A DNA stretch of 64,000 nucleotides from Pseudogymnoascus verrucosus (taxonomy: Eukaryota): NCBI GenBank assembly GCA_001662655.1, contig KV460207.1; one strand, 5' to 3'. The translations under genes were made by a program, and so were the position numbers. Below, piece by piece: positions 24,910 through 40,355 of this stretch. Position 1 is the stretch's first letter, and the number at the start of each line of letters is the position of its first letter. Below the pieces are notes generated by a model. That model did no database searches, was not told where the DNA came from, and saw nothing but the letters and a program-made list of their open reading frames with translations.

Positions 24910-25872
24910 ATGGCACGCTCCCCAAGCGACGCCACGCGCTTCACCTCGACGACCCCCCACGCGACGAAGCCCTTCTACCCGACGTCCTCGAACCCGGGCC
25001 CGTCCACGCTCCCACCCAATGAAGCTGCCGCGGCGCCGGCGGGCGAGACGCCGCAGCAGAAGGTGAGGCGGCTGAGGGAGGCGGCGAATCGGGCGAGGGA
25101 GGGACGGTTGACGGGGTTTGATAAGGTGGTTATGAGGGGGAGGGTGTGGGCGGATCGGGCGCATAGGGTTACGACTTTGGGGTTGATTGGGATTACTTGT
25201 GAGTGCTCCCCTACTTTCCCTTTCTCTTTCCCTTTCCCTTTCCCTTTTTTGAGAGGGGGGGGGGGAAGTCCTTTCTACGACTGCGGCAAGGGCTGGGATA
25301 GGAGAGGAGAGGGGTGATTGGAAGGACAGCTCGCTAATTAACTCCCAACAGGCATCGCCGGAGCAGTAACAGTCTACGCCCTCGGCGACATGATGATCTA
25401 CAACCGCCGCCGCCGCCGCGAATACTTCGCCGAGCAAAAAGCCCTCACCGAAGCCGCCACCCAAGACGCCGCCGTCGCCCTGCGCTCCGGCACCGCAACA
25501 GCCGAACAACTCAAGCTCCTGGAGCAGCAGCGCGGCCAGGCCGCCGTGGCGGCAGAGATGCGACAGAAGGCTGCTGAGATGCGGGAAGCGCGGGCGAATG
25601 CCCCTGCTGCGCCGTTGGAGAAGGTGGAGGGGAAGGGGATAATGGCGTCGGCGACGGGGTGGTTGTTTAAGGGGTTGAAGACGGAGGATAGGCCGGAGGT
25701 GGGGTATGAGAATTTGGTTGATGAGAGGGGGGTAAAGGGGGGTGTGACGAGGGCGGTGGAGGAGAGGAGGGCGGAGAGGGAAGCGAATGGGGGACCGCTG
25801 GATAGGTTGGGGACGGAGGAGAATGAGGATGAGAAGAAGGGTGGTTGGACGAGTTTCATGACACGGAAGTAG
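24910..25872 (+). CDS. COX14-like cytochrome c oxidase assembly family protein
   Basis: MARSPSDATRFTST, ETPQQKVRRLR and RVWADRAHRVTTLGLIG followed by a TM segment. One intron at ~25199-25351. Confidence 0.7.
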
Positions 25873-26489
25873 GGGCGGGAAAGGTGACATGTGTTTGTTA
25901 GTTGTGTATAACGTTGTGTATATCGTGGGGTGTAAGATAGCGCATGTAGCGGCGTATATGGTGGTATTAGGGCCAGAAAAATATAATCCCCGTCCGAACT
26001 TTATAGAAAGGAAGTTTGGTGTGTCGTGTCTTGTGTGAAGTTCCTCCGAATAACTTGCTATATACTGTCTCGTTTGAATTTCTCCCAAAACATCTCTGTC
26101 TCGTCTGAATTTCCATAAAATGAACTTCGTATGTCGTCTTATCTCGCGCGGTTTCGCTCTCACTACTGCCTACGAAATTCCATTCGAACTTTACCCGAAT
26201 AACATGGTATCTCGTATCTCGTCCAAACTCTTAAAGAAATTGGTATCTGCCGCCTCGTCGGAAATTCCTCAAAAGAAACCTGGTTTCTCATCTGGCTCTC
26301 TCGGTCTTTCTCTCGCCTTCATAATCCCAGGTCGAACCTACTCGAAGAACTTTATATCTCCCATCTCATCCAAACCTCCCGTCGAAACCTGGTATCTCAT
26401 CCCCACCTCCCGCCTCCCGCCTCCCACCTTTCTCCTCTCCTCCCCCTTTCACAACTAATTTTGCCCACCAACACCACAACCACCACCCC

Positions 26490-27303
26490 CTACCTCAACA
26501 CCCCCGGCCTCGCCTCCTTATTCCACACCACCCGACTCCTCACCCACTCCACCGCCTCCTTGACCCCCGCCCCCGTCAACGCACTACACGGCAGCACCCT
26601 ACTATCCCTAATCCCCGCCCCCCTCTCCCCCTCAAACACCCTCTTCACCAACCCCTCCTTAATCCGCACAACCTCCACACAATCCTCCCTATCCTGCTTA
26701 TTCGCCAGCACGAGCAGCGGCACCCCGCTCGTGTCCTCGTGCGCTAGGACTGCTTCCAGGACTGCGCGGCACTCTGCTAACCTGCCATCTTCTTCTCCGC
26801 CGGCACTACTGCTGCCACCAATATCCCCCCCGTCCAAACCGCCTTCGACGCCGGATCCGATGTCCGTCGAATCAACCAAGAAGATAATCGCGTGACAAGA
26901 CGCGTAATAGGATTGCCACAACCGCCTCAAGCTCTCCTGCCCCCCGATATCCCAGACTTTGAGATACATATCTGGCAAGTCGATTGTGGCGACGTTCTGG
27001 CCGACGGTGGGGACGGTTTTGGTGGCGGGGGCGGGGCGGGAGGGGTGGTAGTGGGATTTTATTTGGGAGAGGAGGGTGGTTTTGCCGGCGTTGTCGAGGC
27101 CGAGGAGGAGGATGGAGAATTCTGGGGGGGGTTAGCTGGGTGTAAGGGGGGGGTTGACGGTGGTTGGTTATGTGGGGTGAGGGGATGGAGGGGTAAAGGG
27201 GGGGAGGGGTAGATGGGGGTAGATGTGTAGATAGATGGACAGATGCGAACGTACCTTCTTTGCTGGTGACGTGCAAATAGACGGACTTTGCTAGGTGATA
27301 CAT
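26490..27303 (-). CDS. ARL3: ARF-like GTPase Arl3/ARFRP1
   Basis: MYHLAKSVYLHVTSKE, LLGLDNAGKTT, PTVGQN, WDIGGQ, ANKQD and CSALTG. One intron. Confidence 0.92.
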
Positions 27304-29517
27304 GATTGCGCGGGTGGGGGCATTGAAGCCCGGGAGATCAGGTCTGGAGATGCAGATATATTCAACAATGCAAGGCCGTATCTATCATACAGGTCGTATC
27401 GTACAGATGCTGCAGTACTGTAAAGCAGATAGCGAGTGTATGGGTTGGTCTGGTGATGGTGGTATACGGCGGGCGGTGGTGTTGTATCGCCTTGTGGGGG
27501 TTGTCAGGTCTTGTTTCGCCCAGACATTCGAGATAACTGTAAACTGACTGTAACCGTACTTACCCCTGCGCAAGGCTGAGAGTGGGGTCGCGTCAGCTCA
27601 GTTTTGAGGCTAGTACGGAATTGGGATGGGATGGATAGGATGGGGATGGATAAATATGGATGTCACGTGGGAAGGATGGGATTCAGGGTGGTGGGTGTGG
27701 GTGTGTGTGGCCTTGTCGTCAAGGAGGGACGGGGATGGGGATGGATTGGTTGGGATTGACACGTGAAAATGAGATGGAATGAAGATATTCCGGATGCCGG
27801 TGGTGGGGAGAGGTGGGGAGGGGAGGAATTGTCTTGGGATATAGATGGGGATGGGAGATGGGGATGGGATGGGGATGGGATGGGGATGATGGGGAAGGGG
27901 ATTTCACGTTTATCGGGTGAAAGGCACGCGACATGCTGGTAAGTAGAGTATAGTAGAGTTATAGTAGAGTAGAGCATACCAGAGTAAGTATACTACGTAG
28001 AGTATAGTATTGTACTGTACTTGCTGCACATGCACTTAACATCCTTCACGTGCAAACCAAAAAAAACTAAGTCGTCTCAACGAGAAAATGTGGTGGTGCC
28101 ACCCAACCCACGGCGGAGCGGAGCGGGATCTAGTCTAAACGCGCGATGAACGGTGGTTTTGTTGGGAAGCGGAGAGGGAAGGGAAGGTACGGTAGGGGAG
28201 TACGGTAAGGAGTACGGCAGGTCCCAAGAGGCGCCAAGATCATCGAGAACCTATTATATTGAGGGTGATGAGGTATGGAGAGATGGGGGATGGGGGGAGG
28301 AGGAGGAGGAGGAAGATAGTGATGTTGGTTTATCAATACACTGCGAATCGTTGGAGGGAAGGGAGTGATCTATGCTGATTGTATTATCCCGTATACCGAG
28401 GTTAGTGTAAGATGGCATTTCTTACCAAGATTTGATCGTGATTATTATACTACAATATGCTGTATCTACAATATGCTGTATATTATAGTAGCAGAGTATT
28501 AAAACCATCACCTTTATAATCCTCACCCTTATCTCGCATCTCACATATCAGATCCCACCATCCCACCATCCACCCCCCGTCAGCCTCTCCCGAGCACCGC
28601 CAAGACCACAAGACAACGACGCTACTCTCACCTTTCTTCGCTCCCACTCTCGCTCCCACCACTACTATACAGAACTCTTTTACATCTAGTAAAGAATGTA
28701 AAGAAGTTCATCTAATAAAGAAGTTCTATATAGAATAGAATCTCCAGACTAGTGCCACTCGCAACTCCCTGTCTCCCCGTGGTACTCTACCTCTACTACC
28801 TTACTAGCTAGCGACACTTCTCCTAGTCGGTACCCGCCTAGCCTTGCCCTTTGACGGCATTCTAGCCACATTTTGGCGGGCGGCTATGACGCGTGGTTGT
28901 ACCTTTTTATATAGCCTTGCCCAACTTACCCAACTGAGACTCATCGGTCCTCAACAAAAAAGCAGAAAGTGCCATATCGTGCCAACGAAACAACGAAAAC
29001 AACAACACAACCCCAGGAAAGAGCGGCGCACCACACAACAGAAACACGACACTGTCCATTCCCATCGTTGCATGTGACTCTCTCCCCCATCTTATTCCGC
29101 TCTTTGCCTGTTTGTACCCTCTTGTACCGTGAGTACTGTTTTCATATGTGCTGAGACAAGGAAGGTGTCAATTACAATTGGCCCTTTTCTAACAATTCCC
29201 CTTCGCCGAGGCTCAATTCTTCCTTATCCACCCTCTAAAGATAGGTAGGTCTAGTACGACTGCCATATATCTTCCTATTCTTCTTCCCCATCTCATCTTC
29301 ATTCTTCATCCCCCTATAAACCTCCAACCAACCCCTCCACGCACGCCACTTCCTCCTCCATTCCAAATTGAAGAAAGTTATCACCTTTCCTCCTCCTCCT
29401 CGGATCCGCGTCCAACCTACTACAACAGCCCTCGACCCATCCCCCGGGTTGATCTTGGCCCCCTCGAACTACCACCTCCCCCTCACCTTGCAAACGAACA
29501 CCAGATCAACTGCCACC

Positions 29518-30768
29518 ATGTCACCGAACATCTACTTCAGCTTCCCCCCTCGCTCCCTCATCCAATTCCCCCCCTCCTTCGACCCGACCACCCTCCCTCC
29601 TCCCCCGGCAGGCAGCGCCTCCTTCGCCCCCCCCTTCACCATCCCCGCCAGCATCTACAACTCGGCCTACGACGCCCGCGTCCCCCTGACCATCGCCTCC
29701 GTCTACGCCGTCACCGTCATCACCCTGAACAAGGTCAACGCCGCGCGCGGCAACAAGCCATGGGCCATCTCCAAGACCGCTGCCTTCCGCTGGCTCGTCG
29801 TCCTCCACAACGTCTTCCTGGCCGTCTACTCCGCCTGGACATTCGTGGGGATGTACAAGGGTCTCTCGCGCACCATTCCCTCCGTGTATGGTCCCAACGG
29901 CGTCATCGGCGTCGTCGACTCGCTGTGTAAGCTGCATGGTCCCGCTGGCCTGGAGAACGCAATCGCATACTCGCCTGGTGCGTCGTCGTGGCAGGATGCC
30001 CCTGGTCTTGAGGGCGGGAGGTTGTGGAATGAGGGATTGGCGTTTTATGGATACTTCTTCTACTTATCTAAGTTCTACGAGGTCGTTGATACGGCTATTA
30101 TCCTCGCGAAGGGGAAGCGCAGTTCTACGCTCCAGACTTATCACCATGCCGGCGCTATGCTCTGCATGTGGGCTGGGATGCGCTTCATGACCCCCGCTAT
30201 CTGGATGTTCTGCTTCTTCAACTCTGGTGTCCACGCATTGATGGTACGTCCCCCATAACTTCCCCCTGCACAATCTTTTATATATTCCAGCAAGAGAGCA
30301 CCAGCTAACACCCCCCCGCAGTACACATACTACACCATAACCTCCTTCTCCGTCCGCGTCCCCAAGGCCATCAAGCAAACCCTCACCACCCTCCAAATCT
30401 CCCAGTTCATAATCGGCGTCTACTACGCCGCCGCCCACTCCTTCATCTCCTACGACATCCCCTCCACCTCCGCCTCCGCCAGCTCGCCCTCTGCATTCCC
30501 CGCCCCCTCGCCAAACCGTCGCGTCCTCTACACCGGACCCGCTAGCGGCGCAGCGGATGAGAAGTACGAGACGGTCAGCTGTATCAATACCAGCGGCCAG
30601 ACGTTCGCGGTGTGGTTGAATGTGTTTTACCTCGGCCCGCTGATGTATCTGTTCATGCGCTTCTTTTATCGCTCGTATATCCGCCGCGCGGCGCCGAGGG
30701 TTGCGGGGGGGAAGGCTGCTGCTGCGGGTGTGGTGGTAGGTGCTGGGAAGGGGGGGAAGAGGGTGTAG
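29518..30768 (+). CDS. GNS1/SUR4 (ELO) fatty acid elongase
   Basis: YLSKFYEVVDT, LQTYHHAG, NSGVHALM-YTYY and LTTLQISQF. Intron 30244-30321; TAG at 30766-30768. Confidence 0.92.
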
Positions 30769-31099
30769 GAGCTTGGAATGAGAGGATGATTGAAGATTGA
30801 AAGATTGGATGATGCTGCTGCTGCTGCTGAGGGTTAAGCGGGGCGGGGAAGATTGGGAAAGCGAAGTTGAGAAGCTAAGGGGTTGCTTGACAGATTGAAT
30901 GCACCTCCGTCGAGGGGCGGATAGAGTGGCTCGTACAGGATAGAAGACCACGCGGTGGGAGCGGAGGGGGACACGAGGAGTGGGGAGTCGGAGCATAGCA
31001 TTGCAGGCGTTATTCCGGGTGAACAAAAACTGATGATGTGTGGAAACGAGGTCATGGTCACGATAGATGGGTTGGTAGAGGTGAACTGTAGGTAGAAAT

Positions 31100-32363
31100 C
31101 TACAACACACAGACAGACAGACAGACAGACAGACAACGATTCTGGGTATAATTTAATCTCTTGGTCTTAATGTCTACTCTTATTGATGACTGTTTTGGCC
31201 CTGCCTGTCCTGTCCTGCGCTGTTGATATACTGTACAATACCATATGTGCGTCGTCCATTCCTCGAACGACACGCCTATAACACTGCTGAAGCCCCCCCC
31301 CCCTCCCTCCCAGGCACTCACGAAGAACCACCCCCGCCCAAAGATCGACCTCAACGACCTCTTCCCCTTCCCCGTCTTCCCACTCCCACTTCCACTCCCA
31401 TCATCCGCCTCCCCACTATCCTCATCCTTCCCCTCATCATCCGCCTGCTCACCCTCATCCTGCGCCGTCTCAAAAATCGGCTCGATAGGCCTCGATCTCG
31501 ACCTCCCCAACCCCAACCCCCTCAACGACGAAATACTCCTTCTCCTCCTCCTCCCCCTCTCCTCCGCCACCCCCACCCCCAGCATATCCCTCGCCGCGCG
31601 ATCCGCCTGGATCTGCTCTACGAACAGGCCTAGCAGCGTGCGTCCCCCGACCGCAAGACACCCGAGGTGTATCGGCATGAACTTGATCGTGCCGCGGCGC
31701 GGCGGCACAGCGAGGGCCTCGTCGAGGAACTGCGCGAGGGCGACGGCGTTGACGTCGTTGACGTAGCCTTCAGAGAGGGCGGGGGGGATGGTGATGGTGA
31801 GGATGTAGGAGGGGTCGCGGGTGTGGTCGTGGAGGAGGTTATGTGTGTAGAATTGGGAGATGGTGATGGCGGATTGGGGGCGGTTGTACAGGTTGGAGAG
31901 GAGGTGGGCGAGGTTGTGGATGGTGTATTTGTCTGATACCTTGAGGGGGTTTAGCTCTGTGCTCTTCAGAGGGGAGGGGGGGCGGGGGAGTGGCGGTTGT
32001 TTCTTTGGTTTAGGGGAGGTAAGGGAAAGTGCTGCTCACAGTGGAACTCGTAACCAGCTCGGCCACCACAGGATAATCAGCTGCTATCTTCGCTGTAGCC
32101 CTCTCCATCGACTGCTGCTCAGCCTCGATTTCGGCGTCCATAGCGCGTTTTCTCCTGGAGAAGGTCCTGAACCTGCGAGTCTCTTTCTCTTTTTCTTTGT
32201 TCTTATCCGGCGAGGAGCTACCGTCGTAGTAGTATTTCTTAGGGGCGGGACCAGGGAAATCCTGGGCCGAGTCTCCTGGGGCATTGGTGCGGTATATCTG
32301 GTCTAGGTCTGGGATGAAGGGGGGTGGGTCGGTGTGGCGGCGCCCTCTTGGTGGGCCTGGCAT
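31100..32363 (-). CDS. Divergent tautomerase/MIF-like domain protein (3' end uncertain)
   Basis: Spliced core VVAELVTS-..LAHLLSNLYNRPQSAI..DPSYILTI..VPPRRGTIKFMPI..LAVGGRT resembles fungal MIF-domain proteins. A possible further donor lies near 31320. Confidence 0.55.
31108..31134. repeat. (ACAG)n microsatellite
   Basis: Run of ACAG units visible in the sequence. Confidence 0.85.
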
Positions 32364-32964
32364 GTTTGGATGAGATGTGGGTTTTCTTATAGCTGGGGAA
32401 TAGTGGAATAATGCCTGGAGCGGCGGTATGAATTGAAGAAAGCTGTTTTGATTGATGCCTTTGGAGCTTTGCAAAAACTATGTTGGATTGTTGGAGGAAG
32501 ATCGGGGTGGGAGGAAGGTATTTTGTGGTGGGAATATGGACGTGGAGTAGTAACGGAAGGATACATGGGCGATATGCATGAGAATGGAAAGAACGGAGTA
32601 AATAGAGGTCGCACCTGCCTTGACGTCGACCATACTAGTAAATGAATATGCATAGGTCGCACCTTCCTCGTTGGTGACTATACTTGTGAACGTATACAGC
32701 AACAGAGTCATCAACCACGTAGAGCCCCGTACTGAAACTTCTCAGCCGCCCGCCGATGATGAAATAAACATTCCTGGACAAAAGTATTAAATACAAATAG
32801 TCCCTGACAAACACAGAGACGGATTTTTCGTCCCAAAGAAAACAGCACAAACGCCATCCAAGGCGCAGCCAAGGGACCCATTCCTCCATTACCCCAGTAT
32901 CCCACCCACCAGACTATCACACATCACCCGTCAAACTATCAACAGTGACTCTCTTCCCCCCTCT

Positions 32965-33684
32965 TCAAGACAGCGCGGGACTCCCCTTCCTCGCCGCCAT
33001 CAAGTTGACCTTCTTATCCTGCACGACCGCCATGATTCCCACGGCGCCAATAAGCGCGAACAGCGGGATCATCAGGATAGTCAAGTAAAGACCGGCCTCG
33101 GCCTGCTTGCAGATGCGGTGGAAGTCCGGCTCGGAGTTCATGGCGACATCCGACCAGTGGCAGGACCAGCTCTGGATTGTGGCGGTGACATCGGAGGCGT
33201 TGATGCCGTAGAAGAAGGAGGTGGCGACGATGGCGGAGACTAGGCCAGCGAAGGCGGAGAGGAGAGTGAGGAGGGTGTGGAGGGAGGTGTTGTAGCGGAA
33301 CTGGAGGGGGTTAGTAGGTGATTTGGTACGGCGATGGGGGAGGGAAGGACATACAGATGGGATCTTGCCGGCGAGGAGGGACCCAGTAGCCGCAACGATC
33401 ATGATTGTTCCGCAGACGACGAGGGCGATGCTAGGGCCTAGGTTGAACTCGAACGGCCATAGTGGCAGCAGGAACTCGTTCGAGACGTGAGTGTCGTTGT
33501 AGATCTTGAGGTTGTGTGCTGATATGGCCAGAATTCCTACGGCCGAGGCGAGGGCGAGGATGCTGAGGCCCATGCGGCCAGCTTCGAGGGCGCGGGATGG
33601 GCCGGGGTGCCTCTCGTTGTGGTCGAACTGGGAGGACTCATGGTACTCTGGCGAGAAGGACGCTTGCTTGATGTCGGAACCCAT
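32965..33684 (-). CDS. Hypothetical four-TM membrane protein (MARVEL-like topology)
   Basis: ATG at 33684, four hydrophobic segments, LPLWP and IQSWSCHW..FHRIC motifs; probable intron at ~33302-33355. Confidence 0.7.
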   Translation of the reverse strand: MGSDIKQASFSPEYHESSQFDHNERHPGPSRALEAGRMGLSILALASAVGILAISAHNLKIYNDTHVSNEFLLPLWPFEFNLGPSIALVVCGTIMIVAATGSLLAGKIPSVCPSLPHRRTKSPTNPLQFRYNTSLHTLLTLLSAFAGLVSAIVATSFFYGINASDVTATIQSWSCHWSDVAMNSEPDFHRICKQAEAGLYLTILMIPLFALIGAVGIMAVVQDKKVNLMAARKGSPALS

Positions 33685-34681
33685 GGTGGTGGTGGTGATG
33701 GGGTTGGAAGTGGATGTTGAAGTGGAAGTGTTGTTGGAACGAGGAAAGAAACAGTCGAGACAGAGGAAATGTAGTATGGCACAGCCGCACATGAGACGAA
33801 GGAAAGAAGGGATGGGTAGACGAAAAACGAGATCTCCAGAACTCCTGCGTGATATGGACAAACAGAGGATCAATCGGTGGTCGAGGAGCGGCCATAAATA
33901 AGGAAGAAACACGACCTACCTGAATGGGTCCCTGCAGACGCCCATCCACGCCGAGACACATGAGACGATAAGATGTACGAGGGTAAGGATAGTCCAGCGA
34001 TGCGCCGTCCCGAATTAGGGGGCCATATTGATTTCTCCTCCGGGGGTGGGTTAGCAAATCAGCAAATCAGAGACAGAGATGTGATAGAGTGATAGACGCA
34101 CATCTGTCAAACAGAACATTGACGTGGATAGAGGGGGGGTGGAGAGGAGAGGGGGGGATTGGAGTGGCCCTGGAGTGACCGCCTAGTGACCCTGGAGTGG
34201 TAGGGAGGTGAGCGCTTGTCGCGCTGGTGGTCCGGGCGCGTGGTGATGATTGGCGGTGATTGGTGGTGGTCGGCGATGATTGGCCAGGTATTTCAAGGTC
34301 GGCGCTTGCCTGCAGATGCTCACAGGCGGCTGTGAAACAAGTGCCGTGGCAACAGCGAATAAGGAACGCGAGGGGCTCTATGCCGTGGCACTTTACTCAG
34401 ACTATACTCAGATCTATTCTCGGACGAGCTGATGATTTGAGGATTTGGTGATCTGAATGACGGATGTATTTTGGTGTTGATTATCGAATTATTGAATACT
34501 AAAACAATCATAAACATCAAACTCAATCTTTCCGTCGAGGAGTCCCACCGAAGAAACTACTGAATTGAAGCGCGCACAGAATAGATTATGCTACCCAAGA
34601 TTATTCATAATCATAACAAGGTAACTCACAGCTACTCCTTTACTTTGTCGATCCCTCACAGATAGGCTAACCGGGCCACAC

Positions 34682-36843
<2,162 letters not shown>

Positions 36844-37381
36844 TTAAAGGCTGACGACTACAAGTGAGACATTTAAGGCCGACTGGCACGTGCCCAATAG
36901 AGGTGTCGAATTATAGATACACTTTAGGCATAAATGTAAGTTTGATACGTGCAATATTTCGAGTTGGCGATCTAGAGCGGGGTTTTTTTTCTATATGAGA
37001 TCATGACGGCATGATCAGGTAACAAGAGGAGGAGCAAAAACCCTGTACTATAATATACCCTTGAACATGGAGTGGGCGCACGGTCCATACTGGGGAAGTT
37101 ACGGACGCTATGGTCGTCGATTGGTCCGACTCCTAGCTAACTCCCAAGCTTACCCCGCTTCCTTCACGTCCCAGCGTCCATGTTAAACGCGTCAGCCCTG
37201 TTATGGATCTCTCCTTCAGCTCGGGTGAAGGATGCAATAGCTTAGGCACAAAAACGATAGTAGAAAATATCCCTATATTGAGATTCTGGATTTGCAACAG
37301 GGAAACCAACACGGTGTCCGAAGACCGCATTAGGTCCAGGTGTAAACGGATTCTAAGATCTACTCCCATTGTAGCTTCGAA

Positions 37382-39282
37382 ATGCTATACTCCGCCATCA
37401 CTATCACTTTGATCTTGTTCGCTGCACAAACCTACGCAGCATGCTACGACCCATCGCCCGCCTTCCTCCCTCCTAAATCTAGCACCTACCGTGACTCTCC
37501 CATCCTAAACGATGCCTTCAAGACCATAACCGCGAGTCTGGACAGGCTCATCGCGCAGCCAGAGTTCGACACGAGCTCCTTCTCCATTGAGGTCACCACC
37601 TCCACCCACTCGCTCTGGGAGCTTCACCACACAGCACGCGACAAGGACCCCGAGAGACTGGGCGCCGAAAAGGTGACGGGAGAGAGTGTCTACCGCGTCG
37701 CCAGCATCACCAAGGCCTTCACGGCGCTCGCTATCATTCAGCAGCATGTCGCAGGTAATCTAAGCATCGATGATACGATTGACCAGTATCTCGATTTGGG
37801 AGGGGATATTCAGTGGTCGGATATCACGCTACGAACGGTCGCGAGCCAATTGAGTGGGATTCCGAGGGACTGTAAGACCTAGCGATGTGGTGGCTGGGAA
37901 GTTCAGCGATGCTAAATGATTTGTGATAGTTGCTATGTCGGATATTTTCTATGGGTTTCCCGATGCTGTTTCATTGGGTCTGCCGCCCGTCTCAGATGAG
38001 GGGGTACCCAAATGCGACTCACCGTGCTCCGGTGATGGTAAGTTATCCTCCCCTACTACCAAAAACCCTCGCCGCTAACCATCCATCTTAGACCTTCTCG
38101 AAAACCTAGCTATAAGGCAGCCCATGTGGCCTCCGAAGCATAAATCATCATACTCAAACATCAATTTCGATCTTCTCGGACTCGTCGTGGAGAATGTAAC
38201 AGGTCTAGGGTATGCCGAGTATGTTGAGCAGGCTATTCTGCGTCCGTTAGGTATGGATAGTAGTTCTTTCATCAAACCTGATGATAGTGTTGGCGTACTA
38301 CCAAGTGGCTTTAATTATTGGGATTATGAAGGAGGTGTGCAACGACCGTAAGTCCCCTATCCAAATATATTTTGATCTATCGGTCATGGTCTAATAGTCA
38401 TCTAGAACTGGCGGCCTCTATAGCACTACCAGTGATATGTCTAAATTCCTTCGCCACGTCCTCGCAACCCACAACACACTCTCCCCTCAGCTAAACTGGT
38501 TCAGCCCTGGCTCCTATTCCGAATCCCTATCTTCTTACTATGGCATGCCGTGGGAGATCTACCGCACCTCTTCAATGCTTCCGTCCACCTTGCGCCCTGT
38601 GACATTCATTACCAAGGGCGGCTCACTGCCGGGATACTTCACATATGTCATCATGGCGCCCGACTACGACTTGGGAATATCGATTTTCACTGCTGGTCCC
38701 GCAGACCTGCTAGATCTCATCCGAGAGGCTGTCACAGTCACTCTCCTCCGCGCCGCCGAGGAAACAGCCCAGAGAGACCTAAACGATCGGTACACCGGCA
38801 TTTTCGCCGCCGCAGCTCCACTGAACTCCACGCTTGTCCTCACACAATCAGACACCAAGGCACTTTACATCGACTCCTTCATTTCGAACTCAACCGTCAT
38901 TCTTGAGGCTTGGCAGGGGCCCCTCTCGTCACTCACGCAGGGGGGCCCGTTTCGTATCCAGCTCGTCCCGTCCCTCTCGTCTCGCGGGGACGACGCAGGC
39001 CGCAAGGGAGAGGTGTGGAGGGGAATTTTGGTACCCGAGAAGAGGGGGACGGGGGCGTGGGATGATCAATGCATGACTAATTATGATCCATTGTCGTATG
39101 CTAATAAGCCGCTATTAGAGGTTGTGTTCTGGGGAGGTGAGGGGGCGGTAATGAAGGAGATAGAGATGGTAGGCTTTCGGGTGGTTTTGGAGCGGGTGGA
39201 GGGCGGAGGAGAAGGTAGGGAGACTCTTGACGTAAATAAGGATGGATTCACGAAGGAAAATGGACAAAAAGTTTTAGGGTAA
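37382..39282 (+). CDS. Secreted beta-lactamase/transpeptidase-like serine hydrolase
   Basis: Signal peptide, YRVASITK (SxxK), YSN, ILRPLGM, YGMPWEI and TKGGSLPGY; four exons. Confidence 0.88.
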
Positions 39283-40355
39283 AAGATGGATATGAGGGAA
39301 ACTCACCATCACGGTCAAGTCTAATGATAGTGATCCGCACATGGCATTCTTATTGCAGCAGTTTCCTTGCGCTACGTTGCAGGTGAAGGGGTTCGTTGCA
39401 CCGCAAGTTCCATTCGGTGTGTTTCCATTTAGCCATGAAGGTGGGCCTGGAATAGTAGGTGGTGCTGTGCAGTTTCCAAGTTGGCAAACGTCGAATGCAC
39501 AAAACAATGCGCCAGTACCGCATTTTCCGTCTACATTACTGCAATCGCTTCATACTCCAGCACAACGACGGTTGCCATTTTGTTTCCCACATTGGCCTGT
39601 TGTAATGTATGCCGAGTCTCCTGCACATGCCCCTTCGTAGCAAGTTCCTGGTGCACAGTCTTCTCTAATATTAGGGTTTGGCGTTAGTAAATCCGTTCTC
39701 AGAATGGCAACTACCTGTCCTTATAGATAACTCATGGGGAGCTACCGCAGGTGAAAGTATTTGAATTGCAGCACTGAAATTTTGTACCAAGACAAGTAGC
39801 ATTCTTGTTTGGGGGACCACAAAGCCCGTCGGTAGCTCTTAGAGGCTCAATAACTATTCATTAGACCTCGTTAGTTCATAATGACTTGATAATAACCGTC
39901 GACGTATGATTTCTAAACTTACAGCCACGCACACAATAATCTGTATCAGCTTGAATATTCCCACAGTCAAGTTGTAGTCCTGGATTCAACTTAAAGAAGG
40001 TTTCAACATAAATTCCATATCTCTTTGTTAACAGTGTACAAGTGTGAGAGTCAATTTCGAACCGTTCCGTGCTGCCCGTATACCGACAGTTAACTTGACC
40101 TGGATCAATATCTCCTGTAGTAATAAGGGAGCTTATGGTAACGGGGCTGATAGTAGGGTTTGCTTCTACAGTGGAAACGCTGCTACCTGAGTTAGATGAG
40201 GCAGTGGGATCGGAAAGTTGCTGGCCCTCAAATTCCCCTGGTTGCCATGTAGAGGGTGCGCAGCCATCAGACGCTCGAACTGTGAATGTAAGACACACAA
40301 TAATGGTGCAGAAAACACGATGCGGCGACCAAGTTGCTCTCTGGGTATACTCCAT
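39274..40355 (-). CDS. Secreted LysM plus hevein-like (CBM18) Cys-rich chitin-binding protein, last module incomplete
   Basis: Signal-like N-terminus, LysM-like TCTLLTKRYGI..FFKLNPGL..DC..YCV, then repeated DGxCG..C..CC..CG modules over three exons. Confidence 0.75.

Noticed and set aside
24868..26163. 431-aa minus-strand ORF
   Set aside because: Antisense shadow of the skewed COX14-like gene.
30064..31110. 348-aa minus-strand ORF
   Set aside because: Antisense shadow of the elongase gene and its 3' UTR.
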